This document shows, piece by piece, positions 36,276-48,179 of a stretch of 64,000 nucleotides of DNA (its first letter is position 1; each line of letters begins with the position of its first letter). The translations under genes and the position numbers were made by a program. The stretch is taken from positions 36,332,001 through 36,396,000 of the forward strand of contig NC_042999.1 of NCBI RefSeq assembly GCF_006345805.1, given 5' to 3'. A model generated the notes under the pieces. The model saw only the letters and a list, made by a program, of their open reading frames with translations. It did not search any database and was not told the origin of the DNA. The stretch comes from Octopus sinensis. Its lineage: Eukaryota.

Positions 36276-36367
36276 GTTGTGAACGAGTCACCATGCTCTA
36301 CTTGGGCCTGGACAACATTAGGAAGACATCTCTTTACCCACGTGATCCCAAGCGACTGACTCCTTAG
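36276..36367 (+). CDS. DARS1: DARS1 last coding exon (motif 3, stop TAG)
   Basis: tgcAG|GT. (G)[29 protein letters not shown]; C-terminal PRDPKRLTP as in human DARS1. Confidence 0.97.
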
Positions 36368-36417
36368 GGCTTATCTTTAAAATATGAGATATTTTTATTT
36401 TTATCAATTATGAAAAA

Positions 36418-36423
36418 AATAAA
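36418..36423 (+). terminator. Candidate polyadenylation signal of DARS1
   Basis: AATAAA about 50 nt after the stop codon, followed by T-rich sequence. A second AATAAA lies near 36498; which is used is unknown. Confidence 0.4.
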
Positions 36424-38388
36424 CAAAAGCTGGGTTTTTCTATTTTTGGTTAATGTCTTTTACACTAAATTTAATACATTTTGTATTCTTTTAAAAAAAT
36501 AAAATGTCTTCACAAAATACTGTTTGTTGATAATTAGGCCTTCAAAATTGGGATGTCTGGGTGTGTTACATTGAAGCTTGTGTGCCTTAAGAGCATAATG
36601 GGCATAAAGCAACACTATTCCCTCTGAATTCAGTCATTTAATCATTGTACTAATTGTAATATTGATTATCATTATACTGAAATAAGATTTTAGTATAAAA
36701 TCTTATTGTATACTACACTGCCCTTATTTTATACAAAACCATATACAGACAACTACTAATATCAAACTTGTGTTGGTAATTTACTATTTCTTTCAACTTT
36801 TTGTTACCACATTTCTCTTGAAATACACTGCCTTCATTTCAATTAATTTTGAAACCAATCAAAAATTTAGTAAAAATAATTTTGTGATTAAGTTGGTATA
36901 AGAACATTGGATTAGCAAAATCAGAATGTCAGGAAAAATGCTTTGCGGTATTTTTTTTTTTTTTCTGGCTCTTTATGTTCTGAGATCCCCATTCCACCAA
37001 GGTCAACTTGTCCTTTCATCCTTCTGGAGTTGACAGAGTTGATGATATGAATTTACCCCAACCCTTCAAAACTGCCAGCCTTATACTTAAGATTAGAAAA
37101 CATTGTTAAACTCATGTTTGAGACATAAATTAACATGGAATTTTGATGGGAAGTTTTAATTTAATTTAGGTCACTTTGAAACAGTTTGTATTACACAATG
37201 AGGGGCAGTTTTAGGCAGGTTGGTATCAAATGGATGAATTCAGTGTTTTCTAAACCATATGTCTACAATCAACATCCACTTTTTGCAGAAAAATCATGTA
37301 TTTTTCATAAATAATGAATAAAGAAGACAAGGTTAGACATTTATAATCAAATTTTTTTATCAAAAAGTAAGTAGTATAAGCATCCTCTGCTTTACAGGAA
37401 CATAACATTCCTGAAAACCATTCTGTAACATAGGAAACCTGTTAGATAGGAGTCAATGGGGAAATAGGTTTCTTATCATAGAATTACACATTACAGCAAG
37501 ATTATCAGGAATGTGATGCATCTATGATGGGAATGGTGCATGTACTTTTTTTTTTTTTTTTTTTTTTTTTGGTATTTAATTAAATCTGTGATTTTAAAAA
37601 CCAGTATTAGTTATTTAATTAAAATTAATCATTTGTCAGTTATAAATAAGTTTATTAGACTTTTGAAAACATTTTTTTAACGAATATTTTTTAATGAATA
37701 AACTTTATTATTTCATGTAATTATTCCTTATTCATTATATTCATCATAAAATTATTCCTTTTTCTTTTTATTATTTTTCTTTCTTTCTTTTGTAAAATTT
37801 ATGACATCATTTTCACACACCATTGATTTTATAAGGACTAGGTAAGCTCTTAATTTCATTGAAGTTTTTAGTAGCTTAGCATAAATGTTCTGTAAATGTG
37901 GCATTTAACTGATTAGTTTCCCTATATCATTATCATCATTGCTTCATGTCTGCTTTTCTTGTTGGCATAGGTTGAACAGGTTTCCACAATGAGAATCAAC
38001 ACAGAGGATCACATTGTACTTGTGCATTTCATTATTAGCTTGGTTTGTATGGCTCAGTGTCCTCCTTAACAACTATTGTACAGAGTATACTGGGGGCTTT
38101 TGTGTGTGTGTGTGTGTGTGTGTGGCATCAGCATTACATGTGTTAATCCTTTTATGGCATCTAATAAATGATGAAATAATACTTATTGTTACGTGGCAGT
38201 TCTTGGTTGCCTCACAAGAGATGATTGTGGTTTTTAGTTTGTGCTTATAGTTGAAAGAATTATCAGTAGACATATGTCTACTGATAATTCTTTCAACTAT
38301 AAGCACAAAGTCTGAAATTTTGTGAGAGGGGCTAGTTGATTACATTGACTCCTAGTGCTCAGCTGGCACTTGTTTTATCAACCCCAAG

Positions 38389-38636
38389 TGTGATGTGAAC
38401 GATGAAAGAGGACAACAGAAAAAGGGAGAATGAAATACAATCAGGCCTTACCTCGGCGAAGATTAGTTCGGATCTTTCTCAGCTAGCTCGATACGTCTGG
38501 TGCCTTCGTCGTCTCAACAGCAACTCGTTGATCCCACACGTGCGTCCTCGCTACCGCTTCCGCTTCCTGCCGCGCATGCGCCCTGCAAGCCCTACTTCCG
38601 CCCTCCCCTATCTGTCATCCTCTCACCAACACCACA
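38389..38636. mobile_element. Solo LTR (248 bp) with 5-bp TSD, nested in a SINE
   Basis: CCAAG|TGTGATGT...ACACCACA|CCAAG: TG..CA ends, 7/8 terminal inverted repeat. Confidence 0.85.
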
Positions 38637-39358
38637 CCAAGAGTGTAAAAGGCAAAGTCAACCTTGGCAGAATTTGAACTTAGAACATAAAACTGGAAGG
38701 AATGCCACTAAGCATTTTATCCAATGATTCTGCCAGCACACTGCTTTACGTCTACTGATAATGAAGGTTGATTATATGGCTTAGTTGTTGTAGTGGTGGT
38801 GGCAGTCGTGGTACCAGGACAAGAAAAGCAATCAAGAACACAATATAGTTGTAGAATCTACATAGACATTAAAAGATAGTCTAGGCTGGTGACAAAAAAA
38901 AAATCTTTCTTCACCTAAGTATGAACTAATTCATGATCTCTGATTTAGGCACAAAGCCAGCAGCTTTTATGGGGAGGAGATAAGATGATTACCACGATCT
39001 GCCCCAATTATTGACTGGTACATTATTTTTTTATTACCCCCAGAGGGATGAAAGGTAAAGTTGACCTTGGCATGTTTTGAACTCAGATTATAAAGAGTCA
39101 GAACAGATACTAATCCACCACCTTTTTAATAGTTTCTGATTTAGGCAAAAGTCAGCAGTCTTGAGGTGAAGGATTCAATTGATGCAATCAAATCTAGTAC
39201 TTGATTGGTACTTTATTTTATTAATCCTAGGGACATGAAAGACAAAGGTGCCCTTAGTGGGATTTGAACTCAGAACATAAAGAGATGAAACAGATAGCTC
39301 AAGGCATGCTCTTATGATTCGGCCAATCCATTGTTCTGAGCTAAATAATCCTGTGGAA

Positions 39359-39857
39359 CAGTGGGTTTCAACCAGGGTCCACATGGCCTTTGGGGGTCCC
39401 ATATAAGATTCCGTAGTAAAAATTTATGTGAGATAAATTGCTTGTACTTTTACAACACACAAAATAAGAGCATTGTAGCTTGCTTGAAGCAGTGTAATAT
39501 TGAAGAAAGGAAAATAGGAAAGGTTCTGACAATGTGGAAAGTTTAACAAAACCTTTATATTTCAGGTGCAGAGACTGATCCTCAGAAGGAAAACAGACTT
39601 TTTCTTTTGAGGATGGGCCTTTGCACCTGAAATATAAAGGTTTTGTTGAGTTTTATGCATTGTCAGAAGCATTCTTATTTTACCTTTTTCCCTTCTTCAA
39701 TACACAAAATATTTTAATTTTTTTAATACATTTCCTAATATTTAGCTATAAAAATACAGTAGGATATTTTTTATATACATGAAATGGATATGGAAGTCCA
39801 GTAGAGTAAAATAGGAATCAAAGAGGTCCATAAGCGAAAATTGGTTGAGAACCACTG
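39359..39857. mobile_element. hAT-like MITE interrupted by an inverted-repeat element
   Basis: CAGTGGGTTTCAACC...GGTTGAGAACCACTG termini; internal GGGTCC motifs. Confidence 0.55.
39498..39702. repeat. Inverted repeat (~95-bp arms) carrying hammerhead-like motifs on both strands
   Basis: AACAAAACCTTTATATTTCAGGTGCA / TGCACCTGAAATATAAAGGTTTTGTT is a perfect 26-bp core. - strand reads CCTT-CTGAGGA...GAAA-TATA-AAGG. Confidence 0.75.
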
Positions 39858-40288
39858 ACATTGTTTGATAATCAGAAGACAGCCCTGAAGTGTCTATGAA
39901 CTTCATAGGATACTTCATAACGTATGAGAACCATAACCAAAGGAAACTTAAAACAGGTAAATGCTGGGCAGAAATGCCATGTGAGTGACAGATGGCTGGG
40001 TTTTTAATGGTTTTTTTCAGAAGTGGAAGAACAATATTCGTGACATTTTGTTGCCTCCAAGATTGATGGGAGAATGTTAACCTCAGACCAGAGAAGAAGC
40101 TGAAATCTTGAAATAGAATGGTTTCTGCCAATGGCACTCATGGTGGCTTGGAGTTAAAAATCAATTAACAGATTAAGTCTACTACCCAAGAACAAGGACA
40201 ACTTCCAATCATTTTCTGACTACCAAATTTCACTTTGAATGTTTTGGTTGATCCAAAGGCATGATAGAAGACATCTAATGTGCCACAC

Positions 40289-41001
40289 AGCGATTTGCGT
40301 TGGACAAAACACATCGCTAAAATTGCCAAGAAGGCTGAGGGTGTCTTGGCATTCACTCACCAAGTCCTTTGTGAGCTGCTCTCTGGCTATCTATCTGCAG
40401 CTTTATATAGCTATGGTAAGACCTCACCTGGAATTTGCATCATCGGTCTGGAACCCCTATCTTGCCCAGGATATTAAACGTCTGGAAGCCGTTCAGCGAC
40501 GTGCAACCAAAAGAATACCCTCCATCAGGTATTTGCCATATTCTGAACGCCTTACTTCCCTGGGCATGGACACATTGAAACTCCAACGTCTGGCAGCTGA
40601 CTTGGCAGACACCCATAAAATTATTAACCATCTTACAAACAATAACTCTGAGCACCTTTTCAAACTCCACCCGTGGACATATTTATAAAGTCAGAAAACA
40701 GCACAGCTCCCATGACTTTAGGAAACATTTTTTCACGCTGAGAGTTGCTGAAGCATGGAACAAACTGCTGGCATCAGTTGCTAGTTGTCGGAGCACTGCA
40801 TCCTTCAAAACTTCCATGCTTTCTGAGATTCGCCAACACTACACCTGATTTTCTCCCCTCCATACATACACAAGCATGTGTCTGACTCATACATTGTTCA
40901 CTTTCCAGACATTTGTACATTACTGCATATACTTTATACACACTTTCTGACAAGTTGTGGTGCACATGAGCACTGTATACAATAATTTCATTATTATTAT
41001 T
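40289..41001 (+). mobile_element. CR1-clade LINE 3' fragment nested in a SINE
   Basis: VRPHLEFASSVWNPYLAQDIKRLEAVQRRATKRIPSIRYLPYSERL, the same 3' UTR as 20098-20570, and an (ATT)n tail. Confidence 0.88.
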
Positions 41002-42885
41002 AGATTAAACCCAACACCACAAAGTAATGAAGAAAGTTTCTTAACTACACAGCCATGCTTGCACTCTCTGAATACCAATTGTAAATAACCTCAGAAAGAA
41101 GTTAGCTATCAGAAGTATGGACCAATGACTTGAGTAGAAAAATTGCAGGGATTTCTGTGTGAGAAAAATAGCAATGCAGGACAAGGCTCTCTAGAAATTC
41201 AAAATGGATGAGAGGTGTTCCTTTTTTTATGTCATTGTTTTAAAGAGAGGCCCATCAGAGTCATTGATCCCAGACCAATGTACTGGTTGAAATACTTATC
41301 CCATTTTATAGACCCAGCAGATATGTGAGAGAAAAGGTGTCATAACTAATAGAAGGTAGAGTAAATGTATATCCAAATAATAATAAGAACTTACCTAGAC
41401 TCTTAATTTCTCCTGAATTCTTGGCCCAATAATTTCAGATATAGTCTTCATGTCTCCATTTTGCATTGTATTATTTGTGAAGTTCAACATTCTCAGCACT
41501 AGCACTCACTAATTCTGTAAATTTTAATAAAAAGTAATGTTTACTGAAGGATGAGGTTACAAACTAGAAAAAATATTGTGTCTGAACAGACATCCTCTGA
41601 AGACTTGTCATGGAAAACTTATGCAGTTTGATCCAAAAACATAAGATGATGTTATAAGATATCCTGTTTCACTGGAAACAATATTACTAATACTGAGGAA
41701 ATTTTAAAACAGAAAAGAACACTTTTAAAAAGTTCAAAATTTAGAGAAAACATACAAGAAACAATTGTTTTTTTTTCTCTGCCCTTTAGTTAGGCTGTGT
41801 CTGTGACCCATTAGTGAGTCTCCAAAACAAGTGGGATGAAAAGAAGGAAATGTTATCTAAGTGGAATCCTGACCTAAATGCTTACTACAGAGTGGACTCC
41901 AAAGGTATTCAAGGTGCTAGGTGTTGGAGTAAAAATGGATTAACTCTTTTGTTAGTGTATTTCTGTAGAACTTGTAGAATAATTTTGTCATTATAAAACT
42001 GGTGTTTGGAACATGAATTAACATGGAATTTTAAAGGAAATTACTTTAAACATGAATTAACATGGGATTTTAAAGGAGATCACTTTAACATGGAATTTTA
42101 AAGGAGATCACTTTAGAACAAAATTTATATCATAAAAACCAAAGGTGATCCCATGCAGGTTTGTATCAGAAGGGTTAAGTTTAATGACTGAAAGTAGCCA
42201 ACAATTTTGAGCCAACTCAATAAATTCAAAGAGAATTATTTTCATTATTTTCCTTTAACTGTTGTCATTTTAAAATTTAGTAAGAAAACTTGAATCTATA
42301 ATGAAAGTATTAATTTGACAATATTTTCATTTTGAGAAATTATTTGATGGTCTATGAAATTTGTCCAAATTTGTCTTGTGGAACCCACTTCATGAAGAAG
42401 AGAAGAACATTGACAGCTCAATTGCAGACACTGGCCTGGAATGTATCCAGGACCTTGAGCCAGTGATGTTCGACTAAGAAGTGTGGCAGTTGACTTTGTT
42501 GCTGCAGCTACGGTTGGAAATCAACCGCAAACAGACAGATGGGAATATAATAATTATAATAACCAGTTCTACTACAGGCACAAGGCTTGAAGTTTAGATG
42601 CTCAAATGGTACTTATTCTACTGACCACAAAAGAATGAAAAACAAAGTCAACCTTAGCAGGATTTGAACTCACGACATAAAGAGCCACAAGAAATACTAC
42701 AAAGCATTTTATTTGGCACACTAATGACAGGTGCATAATTTCTATTTGATAATTTAAAACTGCTTATTTGAGGTGAATTTCTGTTTTACATTTTTCCATA
42801 TTTATTTAGCGATTATTTTTTTACAACAATCGCCGCCGCTGCAGCAGCAGCAGTCTGATAAACAAATATGTTCAATAAGAACAAT

Positions 42886-42893
42886 AAAAAAAA
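42886..42893 (-). terminator. RNA polymerase III terminator (T8) of tRNA-Ser
   Basis: Eight A on + (T8 on -), 8 nt downstream of the tRNA 3' end. Confidence 0.85.
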
Positions 42894-42901
42894 GTGATGA
42901 T

Positions 42902-42983
42902 CGACGAGGATGAGATTCGAACTCACGCGGGGAGACCCCAATGGATTAGCAGTCCATCGCCTTAACCACTCGGCCACCTCGTC
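42902..42983 (-). tRNA. tRNA-Ser (anticodon GCT)
   Basis: Reverse complement GACGAGGTGGCCGAGTGGTTAAGGCGATGGACTGCTAATCCATTGGGGTCTCCCCGCGTGAGTTCGAATCTCATCCTCGTCG: 82 nt, acceptor stem GACGAGG/CCTCGTC, discriminator G, long variable arm GGGG-TCT-CCCC, intact A and B boxes. Confidence 0.98.
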
Positions 42984-43010
42984 AACGAGTCAGCAGTGCT
43001 CAAATTAATA

Positions 43011-43018
43011 TATTTATA
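43011..43018 (-). promoter_or_regulatory. TATA-like element upstream of tRNA-Ser
   Basis: TATAAATA on - strand at about -28 to -35 from the mature tRNA 5' end. The region is AT-rich, so chance occurrence is possible. Confidence 0.45.
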
Positions 43019-43492
43019 ACTAAGGTCTCTAAAATTACTTCCTTTGATATTTAAATATTTTTTTTTTATTTTTGTACAATTAGACTTAATTAGTAAATGA
43101 AAAGGCAATACAAGCAATACATTTATACATTTATACTATCGTTCGGTTTCTTTATGAATAATGAACATTGCATTTTGCTTTTTATTGTTCCGGTCGGAAT
43201 GTTAACAATAGTAAAAAATTATAACGTTATTCTATGTTATTGTTTTCATTTATAAAGAATTTTTTTAGAGTCGAAAAATTACTCATCTGTTTCGTAATTT
43301 TAAGAAAGGAATAACTTGCGTCGAATTATCGTAAATAAAAGGCTGAATCGTACTTTTGTTATTATATATGTCATATAAGTAACTTAGTAATTTTGTTGTA
43401 TTTGCTTGAGCTAAAAATACGAAGCTTAATTATTCTCGTCTGTCTGCGCTGCAAAGATCAAGGTTTTAATTAGCATATGAAGGTCAAGGTCA

Positions 43493-43919
43493 TACTCTTT
43501 TACTCTTTCTTTTACTTGTTTCAGTCATTTGACTGCGGCTATGCTGGAGCACCGCCTTTAGTCGAGCAACTTGACCCCGGGACTTATTCTTTGTAAGCCC
43601 AGTACTTATTCTATCGGTCTGTTTTGCCAAACCGCTAAGTGACGGGGACGTAAACACACCAGCATCGGTTGTCAAGCAATGCTAGGGGGACAAACACAGA
43701 CACACAAATACACACATACATACATACATGTATATATATATATATATATACATATATACGACAGGCTTCTTTCAGTTTCTGTCTACCAAATCCACTCACA
43801 AGGCTTTGGTCGGCCCGAGGCTATAGTAGAAGACACTTGCCCAAGGTGCCACGCAGTGGGACTGAACCCGGAACCATGTGGTTGGTAAACAAGCTACTTA
43901 CCACACAGCCACTCCTGCG
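43493..43919 (-). mobile_element. tRNA-derived SINE family C with internal (TA)/(TG) microsatellite
   Basis: - strand GCAGGAGTGGCTGTGTGGTAAG...GGTTCAGTCCCACTGCGTGGCACCTTGGGCAAG...GCTCCAGCAT...AAAAGAGT tail. Similar copies at about 51825-52180, 54115-54520, 59998-60388, 60612-61020 and 61700-61980. Confidence 0.85.
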
Positions 43920-45059
43920 TGTATTTTTAAAAATACTTTTCATTGTTTATTTTTATGCACCGATGTCGTGGTTTGTTTCGACACGATCGGTTTTCGTTTG
44001 ACAAATAGATGCATCCAAGAAGTCATATGTATGTCCCAAACTATATTAAATAAATAAATAATGGGTTTAACAAAAAACGACGACAATATGTCGATAATAA
44101 TTGTTTATGAGGCCTCAAGTTATTGATACCATCGACCTTCAATATTTTACTGGATTTAATTGATTGATCGACATAGAAAGATGAAAGGCAAAATTGACCT
44201 CTTTCAGACTTGAACTCAGAATGCAAAGAGCCGTTACAAATATAGCAAGACATCTCTTTCGAATACAATCAATAGTATATGACTATTTCTTATTTTGTAG
44301 AACCGAAAGGAGTAAAGTGAAGTGAAGGCAAACTTGGTCCCTGCGATATTTGAAACGAAGGGCCGGTATGAGTAACCTTTTGTCGAGAAGCAGGTTGCAT
44401 GAGAAATGCAACATCAGATGGATCGCTCTACTAAAAATTTCCAGGTAATTTCTTCGCTAGGTGTGTTATTTAGAAAGCCCTACGGGTCGCAAGTTGTCCA
44501 CGACAGGTTCATACGGACATGAATACACTCGTAAAATAATTTGAACAGAGCCCTAGTAAAATACTGATGCCCAACGAAGGAGGATAAGTGGAGAAAAATT
44601 AATAATTTCTGATGTCTTGTTATTTTCTCTCAACCTTTTTTTCAAGTATTGCATCATCATTTTGTACTGCAACAACCCACACCTACACTAAAATTTAATT
44701 TATCATTGGTATTTTATCTATCGCCCACTTCCTGCAAAAGAATAAAAAATAATGTTAACCTTGGTGGGATTTGAACCCATAATGAATAGGATATGATTAA
44801 ATTCGCAAAGCATTTTTCTTTCCTGATGCTTTAGTAGAAAATTGAAAGGTTTTATTTTCAAATATAACATATAAACATGTTCATCTCTTAGAACATCGTC
44901 ATTTTATAAGATTTTGCTGGCTAATTCTTAAATTAACATAAACATTTATTTACGAGAAAGAAAATCACCGCAGAAAATTCTTCTAAATCTTTCTTTTAAA
45001 ACTGTATTTTAACCATTAGTGGTAAATTTTTTTATCACAGCAACTGGTCGCACATCACA

Positions 45060-45900
45060 AAGTTCAACGGAACCTACTGAAGGAAGTCAGCACGCTCGCA
45101 ACATTACTATAGGTGATGGCAAGGCTAAGGCGTTAGAAAAGCCAAGCACCCTCACGGGCATCACCTGACATCTCGGTGAGACGAGCTGCCAGCGTTGACA
45201 AGAACTTCGCGGTTAGTGGACCAGTGCCTCCGAACGACTCAAATGCCACATGCTGGAAGAGACTGTCAGGCTCTGATACTTCAGGGTTTTCTTCCATTCG
45301 ACAACTGAAGCAGTACACCACCCCATCACATCCAGCATGTGGGAAGGAGCAAAGGAGTCGCTGACTGTGACGTCCCAAATGAGGCACCCACCTCTAACCG
45401 AAGGACAAAGGGTAAGACCATCTGGTCTCTTTCCATCACTTCTGGATAACCCCGACGGCTTCAGAACTGAGAGGATATTGATCCGAACCAGAGCCCGCTT
45501 AACGATTAGGTTTAGTTCGGTGTAGCGAGCGAAGTGACCAGCATTTAGGCGGTAAGACAGATCGTGAAGACCTGTGGGGTCGAGGGGCCTACAACAGCAG
45601 CATCTCAGTCTCCTACAAACACCAGCTCCCACTCTGAGTGCAGTGGAGATGCAGATTTCATCTAGACTGTGTAGACTTCCAATGTTGGCTACAGACAGGG
45701 CATCGATCCAGTCCCCCGAGAATTTTGCACCCGTTGAAAGTAGGCGACACCTTGAAAATTGATCAGATTGATTAAGGAGAGGGTTGTAAGTGGAACCTGA
45801 ACGCAGATTGTCTCATATTCTCCACTGTAATAGGACCTGACAAACCCAGCTCTCTCCACTGTGGGAGAACTTCATCCATCTTCCTGTTGGAATTCTGTTG
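45060..45900 (-). mobile_element. Degenerate CRE-clade non-LTR retrotransposon 3' part (zinc knuckle and restriction-like endonuclease)
   Basis: C..C..LDPTGLHDLS..ARYTELNLIVKRAL..PSGLSRSDGKRPDGLTL..LIWDVTVSD..K.LKY..VAFESFG matches the RLE pattern R(H)..RPD..D..K..Y; frameshifted. Confidence 0.8.
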
Positions 45901-46393
45901 GAATTAGTCCATGTTGAAAAAAATTAATAAAATACCCGCGGTGCCCCAGCATGGCCACAGCTCAAGAGCTGAAACTGGAAAACAGAAAACTCCTGTTGTT
46001 GGCTCTCGTTAGTGTGTGTATATATATTTGTGTGTGTGTGTGTGTGAATACTGGGTTCAAAACAATTTCACAATGGAAGGGAAGTAACTCAACACATTAC
46101 ATATCTCCTTCCGCATTGATGTCGAGTTTTGCTTTCTCCAGACGTCGTGTGTTTTGATAGATACAACAGCTTTTTGTGAATTCGTGTTCATCCGTTAAGA
46201 TGCACCCCACCCACTATGTTAAGATTAATTATTACATAGACTTTTCACTTGATTTGATACTCGTTTCGAATTTAATTCTACACTACAAGTATGGCCTCTG
46301 ATCTTATGTAGATCGCCCTCCCTACTCACCCATTCAGACCCTACACGGAACAGTCCAGACATTCATTTCTTCCAAGGTTTCCTCTCCAGTAGT

Positions 46394-46913
46394 CTAGAAG
46401 TGTAGCGTACCATTTTCACGTTTGCAAACTTAAATTTCCTTTCAATTTTACAGCGGCGGCTCAAAGTACGGGCTCACTGGGGAGTCACGAGGGGAGCTGA
46501 CGAGTCTAGGGGCCTAATGTATGCTTTGGCTTGCTGTCAAATGATATATAGTATAGGGCTTAATGCATTGATTTGCCTGAGGGCCTATAACGCTGCTAAG
46601 AAGACCCTGCTCTTCTCATAACTACCCTGTCTTTTTTAGGCATAGTATACCTAGAAGTGTAGCGTATCATTTTCACGTTTGCAAACTTAAATTTCCTTTC
46701 AAATTCACAGCGGCGGATCAAAGTACGGGCTCACTGGGGAGTCACGAGGGGAGCTGACGAGTCTAGGGGCCTAATGTATGCTTTGGCTTGCTGTCAAATA
46801 ATATATAGTTTAGGGCTTAATGCATTGTTTTGCCTGAGGGCCTGTAACGCTGCTAAGAAGACCCTGCTCTTCTCATAACTACCCTGTCTTTTTTAGGCAT
46901 AGTATACCTAGAA
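46394..46913 (+). repeat. 257-bp tandem duplication
   Basis: CTAGAAGTGTAGCGTA at 46394 and 46651; a third CTAGAA at 46908; a few substitutions between units. Confidence 0.92.
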
Positions 46914-47784
46914 CTACATTAAGCATTATATTCTGCTTATTTATTTTAAAATCGGAAGGTTGTGGTCTAAGTTAAGTTAAGATAATTTTTTGGCTCAAAA
47001 AGCAAAAAGCAAGGCCATGTAGGGGGACGTGGAGTTATGTACAGTGGTGTTCATACAAAGAGTTCAGGCCATTTCTGGTCAAGAGAGACTTTGAACCGAG
47101 CGGTCGTCGAGGAGATATAACTGCTGTTTCCTGTTGGACGACAAACCACATAGATTCTCACTCATAAAACGTCGTCGTTGTTTTTGTTTGAACCCCAGAT
47201 CAATCCTGATCGATCTGTCCTTTAATCAAAGGTATTTTTTTTTACCGTAACGATTACATCTTTTCTACTGCAAAAGTGTATCCAGGGCCAACTTAATTCA
47301 ATGTCTTTTTTTTTAATACGGTAGGGTGTTCTTTCCAAAAAGAATTCACGGCTATTTCTAGCAGATTGAAGACCCACTTAAGGGTCTCCCACTTCGCTAC
47401 TATTTCTAGCGCATGTTGAGGTTCCAATCGACGGACTCTTTATGCTGTCACTAACATGCAATGTAGTAGTAGTAGTAGTAAGACTTATGGTGAAAGGTTT
47501 TCCAGCTATGACCATTCTTTTTCTTAGAAGTATGTACGACTACATTATGTAGCGTGTCCTTTCATTGTTCAAGGCAGTAAGGCTGCGAACTGACATAATA
47601 ATTACAGCATCGGACAAAATGTTTAGCGACATTTCTTCCGGCTCATTACGTTCTGAGTTCAAATTCCGCCGAAGTCTATACACTGAAATAACAATCAAGT
47701 ACTGGAGTAAATCTAATTGACTAGACCCCTTCCCCTGAAACTGCCGGCCTGGTGCCAAAATTTGAAGCAAGTATTCAAGGTTGT

Positions 47785-48179
47785 GGATGGAAAATGGAAG
47801 CACTCCGTCGGTTACGACGACGAGGGTTCCGGTTGATCCGAATCAACGGAACAGCCTGCTCGTGAAATTAACGTGTAAGTGGCTGAGCACTCCACAGACA
47901 CGTGTACCTTTAACGTAGTTCTCGGGGATATTCAGCGTGACACAGAGAGTGACAAGGCCGGCCCTTTGAAATACAGGTACAACAGAAACAGGAAGTAAGA
48001 GTGAGAGAAAGTTGTGGTGAAAGAGTACAGCAGGGATCACCACCATCCCCTGCCGGAGCCTCGTGGAGCTTTAGGTGTTTTCGCTCAATAAACATTCACA
48101 ACGCCCGGTCTGGGAATCGAAACCGCGATCCTACAACCGCGAGTCCGCTGCCCTAACCACTGGGCCATTGCGCCTCCAC
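47785..48179 (-). mobile_element. Young tRNA-derived SINE with 12-bp TSD
   Basis: ATTCAAGGTTGT at 47773-47784 and 48180-48191. Head TGGCCCAGTGGTTAGGGCAGCGG...GGTTTCGATTCCC; its 3' part is shared with family B (14865-15020). Confidence 0.88.

Noticed and set aside
42902-42983. Functional link between the tRNA gene and the neighbouring tRNA synthetase
   Set aside because: The tRNA is Ser, not Asp, and lies 6.5 kb away; dispersed tRNA genes are common.
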